A stretch of 64,000 nt of DNA from Octopus vulgaris (Eukaryota), in the NCBI GenBank assembly GCA_951406725.2, contig OX597822.1, forward strand, positions 88,474,001 through 88,538,000, given 5' to 3'. The number at the start of each line of letters is the position of its first letter. The stretch's first letter is position 1. Positions 53,296 through 64,000 of this stretch are shown here, in pieces. The position numbers and the translations under genes are program-made. A model generated the notes under the pieces. The model worked only from the letters and a program-made list of their open reading frames with translations. It was not told the DNA's origin and did not search any database.

Positions 53296-53665
53296 TACAT
53301 ATTTATGTGCATATATATGTATACACACACACACAGAAATTTATATACATATAAATATCATATATGCGTGTGTGTGTGTGTGTGTGTGCGTATCTTAGAT
53401 TTTGTGTTTGTTTATAATAACAGGGTGTAGATTTTGACTAAGCTGTTAGTGGTGTTGATACTGTTTATTTTGGCTTTTGGATATAGTTTATACAAGCCTT
53501 GATCACATACCAACTCCCATTACCGAGGTTAGTATATATAATTGTCTGATGTTATTCATGTTTAAGCATCTCATGTGTGGGAGGCATGTGGGTGAGTATG
53601 TTGTGTGTGTGGATGCATGTGAATGTTTATGTGTGTGTTAGTGACAAAATATATTATGTGTGTGC

Positions 53666-53698
<33 letters not shown>

Positions 53699-53762
53699 TT
53701 GATAGGTAGATAGGTAGGTAGGTAGGTAGGTAGGTAGGTAGGTAGGTAGGTAGGTAGGTAGG

Positions 53763-53827
<65 letters not shown>

Positions 53828-54841
53828 CAACTTGTATCAAACATAAATATACATACAGAAAGAAGTACATCCATACATTCATCCACCCCTCCATACATAT
53901 GTACATGCGTAACATACATAATATATATCGCATACATACATACATACATACATACATACATACATACATACATACATACATACATACATACATACATACA
54001 CACATACATTCATTCATACTATTACACATGCACATATATACATCCATAGGATCACCCAACTCAGAAGAAAAGGCAACCAAATCTCTCTTAGATTATACCA
54101 TATCCATGACATGTATATAGGACAGCATTGGGTCATATGAAATCTTTTTTAAAGAAATTCTAGATAAAAGGATAGGATGCTTATGGGTGGAATGTTATTG
54201 ATCATAGGTTTGAACTGGAAGTAAAGCAACATTAACCACAAATGATAGGTTTATATTCTTAAAATGTTTTTACTCTAAGAACAAGCCCACAGAATATAGA
54301 AAACCTTGTTGCAGAAAAGGTATGTCCTTAGAAAGTCACAGTGGGTGAAATATGCAACATGAAACAATATTTGTTGCAATGATAAATACAGAAGAATAAT
54401 GTATCTATTCATTCTTAATACATTCTGGCAGATTCAAACATGAATATGCTGATTGTTGTTGTCTTTCATCTTCAAATAACATATTCAAGGCTGAATCTTT
54501 TCAGAACATTAAGAAAAAAACAGAAACATGATTGTTAACTTCTCATTGCATCTAAGGAATCAGATTGGTTTGGCAGATATCAGCATACATCAGCAAATAA
54601 TTTGTTTGCTGATTTTTGTAAACAAGTGCCAGTACTCTTAATTAGATTCATTCATTCAGTGTAGCTTTGACTGAAGAGGTACAAGGAAGTCAAAACACTG
54701 CAATGCCCCAAAGTCTCCTTATGTCAACCAATTGTGTGTACTAAAAACATACATTACCTAAAGAAATACACAAGAGTTTGTAAAAACATATTAAGAAGGA
54801 AATACTGATTGTTTTTTCAGTTAAAAAGTAATTACATTGCA

Positions 54842-55025
54842 GTGTAGAAGGTGTTTGTAAGCCATTTAAGAAACACACAAAAGCTGTTCGATTCACTTCA
54901 ACATTTAAGTTTAATTTGTCAAAATATTTTCGCGACAAAATATTTTGACAAATTAAACTTAAATATTGAAGTGAATCAAACAGCTTTTGTGTGTTTCTTA
55001 AATGGCTTACAAACACCTTCTACGC
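54842..55025. repeat. ~184 bp near-perfect palindrome
   Basis: ~89 bp arms around cgcgac; explains the mirror-image ORFs at 54741/54851. Confidence 0.9.
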
Positions 55026-55299
55026 GGCAATTGTTTTCGTTTCAGCACAGGATCTCAGATCAAATCACTAGCTATGCAAGTACATCTCAGTAATTACATT
55101 ATAGATTAAATAACAATTTCCAATATTGTATTGTACAGCTACAGTGGGAGGCTGAACTGGAAGAAAATCCAAAGTTAAATTGAGGAAATACCTGACAAGA
55201 AACACCAGAAGCCAGAAATAGTCTCACCTCTCTCACTCCCTCTCAAGCTATCTCACTATTTATTGATTGATTGATCAATAAGCATCTATCTACTTATCT

Positions 55300-55620
55300 A
55301 TCTATCTACCTTCCAACTTACTACCCCGTCTAACTGCCCACCTACTAGCTTGTGTTTTTATCTACCTTCCTCTCAAACTATCTACCTGTCTAACTGCCTA
55401 CCTACTAGCCTGCATTTTTATCTACCCATCTCTCAAACTATCTACCTGCTCTCAAACTATCTCCCTGTCTAACTGCCCACCTACTAGCCTGTATTTTTAT
55501 CTACCTATCTCTCAAACTATCTACCTTCCTCTCAAACTATCTACCTCCTCTCAAACTATCTACCTATCTGCCTGCTTATCTACCTGCCTATCAACCTACC
55601 TATTTAGTTAGCTATCTCCC
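55300..55620. repeat. Minisatellite (ctctcaaactatctacc...ctaactgcccacctactagc)
   Basis: Repeated units visible directly. Confidence 0.7.
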
Positions 55621-56513
55621 TACTGTCCATCTATCAATCAGACTGTCTATCTACCTGCTTCCCTTTTTATCTACCTGTTTACCTGCATGCCTAACTATTT
55701 ATCTCTCCATCTACAAGTCTATGTATATATATATATACCTATCTACAGAAATCTCCCTCTTAAGTACACGACTTGAACCTAACAAAAACATGCTGTACCT
55801 GTGGATTGATTGCATGTGTCGTGCAAACATGCTTGTTCCACCATCATTGGCCACTGTAAAAGTAAAGTAGATAGCTTTGGAATTATTGATATCAGAAGAT
55901 GACTTTAAAGCTGATTCAGAGTACGTCACAGGTTACAGAAAGTTTTGCTCTGTGGGGAAGGAGCAGAAGTGAACAAGGGAGATCTGGAGCTATTGGCTGC
56001 ATAGAACGATTTATATGCTGTAATTGAACAGTATGATGCTGAAAATGGTTATAACATGGATGAAACAGGGTTGTTGTTTTGGTTGCTGCCCAGATATACC
56101 CAGCTTATGCTATACGAAGATGTCAGCACCACATGAGGAAAGAACAAACGTCACTCATTGTTTGTGTGAATGCCACAGGAACACACAAAATTCCTTGCAC
56201 ATTAATCAGAAAATACAAAGAGCCAGCCTGTATTTAGAATCAGGAATGACCTCTGGAGTACTTTAATTAGAGTAAAGCATGGATGTCGAAACATGTTGTA
56301 AATGGTTCAACAGAATATTTATCCTGAAGTGAAAAAGTGAATGGGACACCGTGTTCTCTTGTTGATGGACAACACTCCAGCCCATTTTGAAACTTTTGAA
56401 TGGGATAATATCAAAGTTGTATTTTTCTCCCTTAATTGCACTAGCTGGAAACAGCCATGTGACATGGGGATGATTGCAGCACAAAAAAGTGGTACAAGTA
56501 TTTGTATCTCAAG

Positions 56514-57243
56514 CAGTGGCAGCTCATGTATAGGAACTGTGGAACTGCAGCACCCACTATTTCCACTCGATATTATCAATAAAATTCAAGCCTTGTACCT
56601 ATAATAGAAAGTATTATCAATAACATTCAATATAATGAGTCCTTTTTTTCTTTAATTCTTTCTTTATACTTGTACATTATATAATCCTTAAGCTTAATGT
56701 CAGTAGCCATCCCCTAGTTTATGAAAAAAATACAAAAATCCTTGTATAGAACTGTGCACTTCACAATTCCAGCAATGTGGTGTATGGCTGTTGAGTGCAT
56801 GCTCACATGTCTGAGATAGGAAGCTTCTCACTAGGGAGAGAGAGCACTGCGTGAATGACAGTGTCAGGTGAAAGGTAGTGTTTCTTTTTGACTTCATATA
56901 ATTTGTGCTTAAAAACGTGTTTATATTCTTGAATATGATGAAGTGTAGAATTAGATTATTATCTTGCTTCCAGCTTTAGTGTTGCTGCCAGGATTTGAAA
57001 AATAGGGCACATTCCTTGCCTTATTTTGTGATTTAGGGGGGACTTTTGAAAAACAAGGGGGAATTTATGGCAATGTTCAGTGAATAAACTAAACACCTTA
57101 CCTGGCAGTGGCTAAAGTATAAATTAAGTTAATGTATAAATTTTCTTTTTATATGTTTGTTTCCTTTTACACAATATTAAAACAACCGCTAGAAATTTTC
57201 TGAAACAGCAACCCCCACTAATTTTATCTATGAGCTGCCACTG
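56514..57243. mobile_element. Non-autonomous hAT element
   Basis: 14-bp TIR cagtggcagctcat / atgagctgccactg; perfect 8-bp TSD ATCTCAAG. Confidence 0.9.
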
Positions 57244-57950
57244 ATCTCAAGGACATTCTTGAGTTTTACAAGCTTGATGAAGACTCTAAGATCCACAAGA
57301 AAGAGCAAGCAAAAAGGCTATGCAGTTGGGTGGCAGGTGTAGTTTTACAGCAATACTGCTCATCTGCTTGGTGCCGCTGACTATGTGAAGTGTGCATGGG
57401 ATACAATATCAGCCACATCAATCAAGAACTCATTCAAAAAGACTGAATTATTAAAGTTAGACGGTAGCTCAAATGAAGAAATCAACTGGCTACCCGAAAT
57501 TTTACTTAGTTTCGCTTCTTTGAATATTGCAATGAACAAGGACAAATTAGAGGAATATATATAATGCATGTCGATGATGAAAACAAAGAGAAGGATGCAC
57601 ATGTGATTTTGGAGGATGTTGAGGAGTTGATGACAGAATTGCGAACTGAAGAAGTAACTGAGGATGCTGATGATGAGAGTGACCGTAGCAACTATTGCGC
57701 CAATTGAGAATGTCAGTTTAAACGGCTTCAACAAACTGTGCAACACCGTGCTCAACATTGAAGATCGATTTCTATGTGCAGATGTGCAAGCTATATCAGG
57801 GGATAGCTACAATAACCTGAAAAACTACTATGATTGCTTTCAGAGGAAGCTAAGATGAGTAATATTGGAAGTGAATCACAAAAAAAACACAAAATTTGAG
57901 TCAGATGATTTTGCATGATATGTTTAAACAATAAACTTCACAAGATATCA

Positions 57951-58314
57951 TCTTTATATATATAAACAGCAAAATGTCTGTGTGTGTGTCCTGTATACAA
58001 ATCCACAATTTTTCAGTTAGAGGGCTCGCACTTTCTATGGTCATTCAAAACCGTCCAAGAGTGGTCGTGCACATCTTTACATTTCCCCAGTCACCCCACA
58101 AAGCCATTAAAAAATCAATAGAAGTGACTTTTTTGTGAATTTTCTATCCAAAACCCAATTAAAATGCCCGAAACTTGTTACGCCAATTGAATGCTAGCTA
58201 GCTGTATGTGATTGGTCAGAGATTTGGACAGTACTCACGTGTATGTGCGCACGCACGCAACTGTATATGCATGTACTAACACTATGACCCAGCAACGTTG
58301 GGTCATAGTGCTAG
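57951..58314 (+). mobile_element. Complete non-autonomous Helitron (364 bp)
   Basis: A^TC 5' end; hairpin cactatgacccagc-aac-gttgggtcatagtg, then CTAG^T; no TSD. Confidence 0.9.
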
Positions 58315-59644
58315 TATATTTTGAACCATTTATTACCTATTTAGATGTTCATCAATGTTGCTGTGGAATAAATCGTTGATAAACTTGAACCTGAGATTTT
58401 TGTGATTTTGCACGTACTTAACCGAGAGATTATTGTACTTGCGAGTCTATCAATCTAACTGTCTATGTATCCATCAACTCACTTTTCTTTCTATCTACCT
58501 ATCTGTCTACCTATCGACCTATCTCCCTACCTTCTTATCTACCTCTGTACATACCTATCACTGTACCTTTTTATCTATCTCACTGCCTGCCTGCCTGCCT
58601 ATCTCTAAGTACAGTGCCACATATTGTTTACTTGTTGCTTATGTTGAGCTAGTCAATGATGATATATTTTGTTGGCTGCGTAAATAACTGAAGCAAACTC
58701 ACTAACATTTAACTTGGTATTTATTGACAGACATAATGATATTTGAGATATGAACAATATTAATAATTGCTGAATGGCATAGAGAGAAAACCATACCACA
58801 TCCATAGAAGTTACTTATGAGACACTGTGTGAATGTTTAGAATGGGTCTGTCTGAGAACCTGGAGTTGTCTGGGCAAATGTCCCAAGCCGCCTGGCAAGA
58901 GTGAGGTGTGTGAATCAGTCAGTCGCCATCAGCACTTTGCAATGAGTGCAAAAGTGGTTTTTATAAGGTAAACGATTCAAGAACATTCAAGGAAACCACA
59001 TCATGCCATAGCTTCATGCTGATTGGTCAATTTATAGATCAATCACGTGAACCTGTAGGGGCGACTTGTGGTGCCCAACCAAGTATCTAGTGGTTAGGGC
59101 TTGAATCCCCATTACAACAGTAACACAACAGTACACACAATAGCAAGAAGATAAAAGCTTATGTTTTGCAGCCAAGGCCTTTGTAGACAAGAACCATGTA
59201 TCAAAATCTGATAATCAACCTGGAAACATGGGAATCAGGTAATACAATGCTAGCTACAGACCAGAGAGACTTGAGGGCAATAATATATCAGCTCAAACTT
59301 GAGAAAAAAGCCAGTTCTGATCAAATACCAAACACTGAAATAATATTGCAAGGAACTAACCAGCACCTTGTGTCGCCTCTTTCACCTTCATTTTACTTAT
59401 GAGACATTTTAAAGTTAGTTGGTATCTGCTTCAATGATATTTGTACATAACTAAGTATATATATATAACGGTGCGAAACTGTTATGATCTCTTGGATGTT
59501 GACTGATGAGGAATTAGCTATGAATTTTCTGTGTGCTATGGTTTTGTCAAATTTTCCATTTGTTTTTGTTAAATTTTCTGTTTGTTAGGTTTTTATATTA
59601 AATTCCTTGAAATATTATTTATGTATCACAACACACTCCTTATA

Positions 59645-60232
59645 CTGACCCTGCCTGCGATTTGAAACCAAATCCACCTGCTTGTTCCTTGTCAAAACGA
59701 GCAGGAAATCCTCTCTGCACCAGATGAGTGATGAGGAAATACTCGACCCCACTAGGAACTGTGCTGGTCAAAGAAAGGTTAGTCCTTTGTTTAAGGTTTC
59801 AACTCAATTACTGACCATAGTCTATATAACAGAGAGAATTTCCTAATTCTTCCTCTTTCGTGTTGCCAAACCAAGGAGCAACACCTGGTTTTGTGTCAGC
59901 CTCAATGAAGAGCAGCACTTCCCTTCGCTAAGAGAGGCTTTCGACCACATGAAAGGCTATGCCACATTTATCCTTTCTAGTCAGCACCATGCCTTCCTTA
60001 CTCTTTCACTCTCTACTGACCAACAACCTTTTTTTACACTATCAACTACTAACCAGCAAGCCATCCTTGTTGTCACATATGTAAATAATATTTCTTCCTT
60101 CTTGGTGTTGATTCTTCGATGTTTACTGGTACTCCAATGTGAGAACCTTCAAGCATTATATCTACACACTACATTCAGTAGTGGGCTACATCATATCAAA
60201 CTGATATGGCACATCACATCTAGCCCGCTACA
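59645..60232 (+). mobile_element. Second copy of the solo-LTR family (5' end slightly truncated)
   Basis: Aligns to the reverse complement of 50352-50985; ends ...gctaca. Confidence 0.75.
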
Positions 60233-60380
60233 CATATATATATATATATATAATCATTACAGATATAGGGTAAAAAATTATTAATTTAATAAAATTAACA
60301 TATTTTACCAAGTAGTTTTCGGTATGGAAAAGAACCATATTCCGTTAAAACTTATACAAAAATTTTTTTTTATATATAAT

Positions 60381-60581
60381 TATAACAATAATTAAGGGTT
60401 TAGCAACAAGTTGCTTAACCACATACCGAAAATTTTTAGAAATAGCAGCCAAAAGATTGCTATTTCTTTTTAACAAGAGACATATTTTGTAATAAAGAAA
60501 TAGCAATATTTTGGCTGCTATTTCTAAAATTTTCGGTATGTGGTTAAGCAACTTGTTGCTAAGCCCTTAATTATTGTTATA
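60381..60581. repeat. Inverted repeat with ~90 bp arms and ~20 nt spacer
   Basis: tataacaataattaaggg...gctatttcttt and aaagaaatagc...cccttaattattgttata. Confidence 0.9.
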
Positions 60582-60817
60582 TATATATGAAGATGAGAAT
60601 GTGTGTCTGTCTGTGTGAATCCTTAAAACTCGAGAACTACACAAACGATTTCATTCAAATTTTACATATGCCTTACTTATGGTCCATGAGTTTCATGGGT
60701 CAAAAAACTTTCCAGCTTCTTACCTAATGCGAGCCCTGAGCAATCTTTTATCTCTTACACTACTTCAGTATTACATCTCTATTGTAATGTGAGATAATAC
60801 GTTTGAAAGAAGTATGT

Positions 60818-60874
<57 letters not shown>

Positions 60875-61337
60875 CTTATGCATTCGAAAACCGAGTTATC
60901 GATTTTGACGTATGGTGTATAAAAAATTCAGTACTATTTCGGCTACAAACTAACTTAATTTCCATTCGCATATTTGCATTTCAAAAATTTAACATTATGA
61001 TCTTTTCCGTAAATCAACTATAGTAAACATTTTATACGACGACGACGATGACGTCACATTTTCTATGTGTGTGTGTACCTTAAGAGACATTAATCATCAC
61101 GACACACACCTTCACTCACTCTATCTCTCTCTCTTTCTTTCTGTCTCTCTATTTTTCTCACTCACACAAATGCGCACGCACGTCCATTTCATATACACGT
61201 ACATACATCTTTCACTTTCTTTCTGTCTGTCCTTTTCTCTTTCTCTTCAAATAATCTTTTACGGAATCAGCGGGAGAAAAACAAATGAGAACAAGACAGA
61301 GACAACAGAAAGAAACGGAGACAGAAAACAAGAGAGA

Positions 61338-61378
<41 letters not shown>

Positions 61379-61800
61379 CGCGACCGCGCGTATTGCGTGC
61401 GTGCGTGCGTGTGTGCGTGCGTGCGAGCGAGCGTGCGTGTGTGCACGCGTATGTTCCTTATGCGTTCCAAAACTGGGTTGCTCGTGTTGATGTATGGGGT
61501 ATCACAGTATTCAGCAATTTTTTTGTCTACTAACTAAACTACATTTTCATTTACATATAGTCTACGTTATCTCAACAACCAGCCATAGTTATTTGAAAGA
61601 CACTGCTCTACAACAACCAGGTTTCAGCAAGGAGGATTGTAGAAAACCGAAGGCGGGAGTCTGAAGAGAGAACCGAGATAAGATTTTCTCTAGATCAGCA
61701 AAAGCATGCTGCAGCACGTCAGATGGAGTCTGAAGAGAGAAGGGAGATGAGACTTTCCCAAGATCAGCAAATGCATGTTGCAGCACTTGATGTTGGATCA
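60582..61800 (+). mobile_element. Helitron 5' region remnant
   Basis: tatatgaagatgagaatgtgtgtctgtc...gatttcattcaaattttac leader; internal duplication 60872/61454; ESEERTEIRFSLDQQKHAAARQ / ESEERREMRLSQDQQMH resembles RepHel N-terminal repeats. Confidence 0.55.
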
Positions 61801-62958
61801 TTAAATCAATATTTTAATGATTAGACAGAGGTCCAGTAGAACAGCTCTCAGAAACAGACTACGTACAAATTCGTTCTTTACAACTGAGTTCAAATGCCGC
61901 CAGGGTCGACTTGCCTTTTATCCTTTCGGGGTCGATAAAGTAATTACCATTTGAGCACTGGGGTTGATGTAATCGAGACCCCCCCACACACACACACACA
62001 ATTTGTGACCTTGTGCCAAAATTTGAAACCAATTTTATCATCTTGTGATGAAATTATGAGGTGATGAAGTTACTGGCGACATACTTACCATTATATAATT
62101 TACCAGCGAAAAGCTTACAATGAACAATACATAATACATACATACATACATACATACATACGTATACATACATACATACATACATACATACATACATACA
62201 TACATACATACATACATACATACATACATACATACATACATACATACATACATACATACGTACGTACGTACGTACTAGGTTTCTCTAAGAAAGAGCAAAA
62301 GAAAATGACGCGCATCCTCGAAATCCAATCTATTAGCAGCACGGTGAAAATTTGTGTGACATTCCATTGGAGACTCTATGATACACAATTGTGTATCTAC
62401 AAGGACACTTATGTAAAAAGTGATGCGCACGCAAACAACAAACAAAAATAGCAAATATAGCCAGAAACTACAAACACTGCAAGTCCCGATGAAAGTATCC
62501 TTCGCATATAATACGCAGAGAGTATTGCATATAATACATTGAGAGTATCGCTTTTAAAACAGGGAGGGTATTGCTTACAATAACATTAAGCATTATAACA
62601 CATCGAAGGAATTTTGTGGAGGTTACTAAGTTTAGTTGAAGCCAAAATTTGATTTTCAAAGTCCTCCCTCTGAAGATGGTCAAGTAATGACTGGTAGGAG
62701 TGAAGAGGTTAAATAGTAGGGAGCAGGAAGGAATAGCTTGCTGCATTGCAAAATAAGTACCAACATGGGTGAACACACTGTTTTGCAGCTAAGAAGTTCG
62801 TTTGAAGCCACGTGGTTTCGAGTTCAATCCACAGCGTAGTACTTTAGGCAAGTGCCACCTGCTATAATCCCAGATTGGTCAATATCTTCTGACTGGAATT
62901 TTGGAGACGAAAAACAAAGATAGTTGCAAAGCGACCTCTGTGCGCGCGCCGTGTATGT

Positions 62959-63023
<65 letters not shown>

Positions 63024-63480
63024 GATGTTGTATATGCAGTATAACATAGCGGTTCGACAAAGATCGATAAGCACCAGACTGAAATAAGATGGTCTTTTAA
63101 AAAAGGCTTTGAAGATTATAGTGCCCCATCATGGCCACAATACAATGACTGAAACCAGTAAAAAAAAGAATCAGTATAATATGATACATCTTTTAAAATC
63201 TGAAATTAAGCACACTAAACTATTACGTTAATGAAATTTACCGCTATCGGGCTAAAAACCATTAACGGTTTCCTCTTATTATTAACTTATTGTTATAAAC
63301 CTCAAAAAGAACGAGTATATTATCGTATAAAACACTTCCTTATCCTTTATTGTAAATATTTTCTTTGTAGTACTAAGAGGATAAGCAACTAAAAATGTTG
63401 GCAATAACTTCTATCGTAATTTCGAGAGTTTAACGGATCAAGATTTTTGACGAAATCCTCAGCACAGGCTAGTTGAAATA

Positions 63481-64000
63481 TTCTTTTCTACTCTAGGCAC
63501 AAGACCCGAAATTTTTAGGGAGGGGGCAGTCGATTAGATTGACTCTAGTACGCAACTGGTACTTATTTAATCGACCCCGAAAGGATGAAAGGCAAAGTCG
63601 ACCTCGATGGAATTAGAACTCAAAACGCAAAGACAGACCAAATACTTATTTCTTTACTACCCACAGGGGGCTAAACAAAGAGAGGACAAACAAGGACAGA
63701 CAAACGAATTAAGTCGATTATATCGACCCCAGTGCGTAAATGGTACTTAATTTATCGACCCCGAAAGGATGAAAGGCAAAGTCGACCTTGGCGGAATTTG
63801 AACTCAGAATGTAAAGACAGACGAAATACCTATTTCTTTATTACCCACAAGGGGCTAAACACAGAGAGGACAAACAAGGACAGACAAACGGATTAAGTCG
63901 ATTATATCGACCCCAGTGCGTAACTGGTACTTATTTAATCGACCCCTAAAGGATGAAAGGCAAAGTCGACCTTGGCGGAATTTGAACTCAGAGTGTAACG
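63481..64000 (-). mobile_element. Stack of three family A SINE units
   Basis: aaggatgaaaggcaaagtcgacc core three times; junctions aaatac-(c/t)tatttcttta. Confidence 0.8.

Larger units (their letters stand above)
55746..58435 (+). mobile_element. Tigger/pogo transposon (decayed), host of two insertions
   Basis: TA-flanked TIRs cagaaatctccctcttaagtac and gtacttaaccgagagattattg; YNMDETG, LLLMDNTPAH, TSWKQPCDMGMI, AWDTIS motifs. Confidence 0.85.

Noticed and set aside
59470-59530. GAAAC and CTGATGA close together
   Set aside because: No consistent stems for any hammerhead topology.
62080-62140. Candidate first exon ending ATG|gtaagt on the minus strand
   Set aside because: The phase-1 frame lacks a convincing signal peptide and runs out of a (TATG)n tract.
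1-64000. Most ORF-track entries (poly-YI, CV, MYVC, His, Asn, Leu runs)
   Set aside because: They are translations of (TA)n, (TG)n, (TATG)n, (CAT)n and (AAT)n microsatellites or of SINEs, with no coding signal.

Overview
Eukaryotic, AT-rich, repeat-dense genomic DNA. The SINE/RTE/Penelope repeat landscape suggests a coleoid cephalopod (Octopus-like); this is inference. One protein-coding gene lies on the minus strand: an ADAMTS6/10-class secreted metalloprotease. I reconstructed 23 GT-AG exons (47640 to <1, about 3.3 kb CDS, all phases compatible). They encode the prodomain, furin site RKKKR/SVS, zinc site HEIGHNFGMQHD, disintegrin-like domain, TSR1, Cys-rich region, spacer, four further TSRs and PLAC. 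The signal-peptide exon was not found, and the stop codon lies left of the window. Introns hold microsatellites, tRNA-derived SINEs, fragments of RTE, R4-like, Tx1, Penelope and Gypsy retroelements, and DNA elements (mariner, maT, Tigger, hAT, TTAA-flanked, Helitron), several with exact termini and TSDs. The most unusual signals are at least 7 hammerhead-ribozyme-like motifs from unrelated Penelope-type termini, often in head-to-head palindromes. One is a ~530 bp palindrome made of two 'tRNA-head + (AAT)n + hammerhead' units. Other notable items are a CTCF-like site with upstream module inside the last coding exon, a SINE that repeatedly inserts at the same site, and a three-layer Tigger/hAT/Helitron nest.
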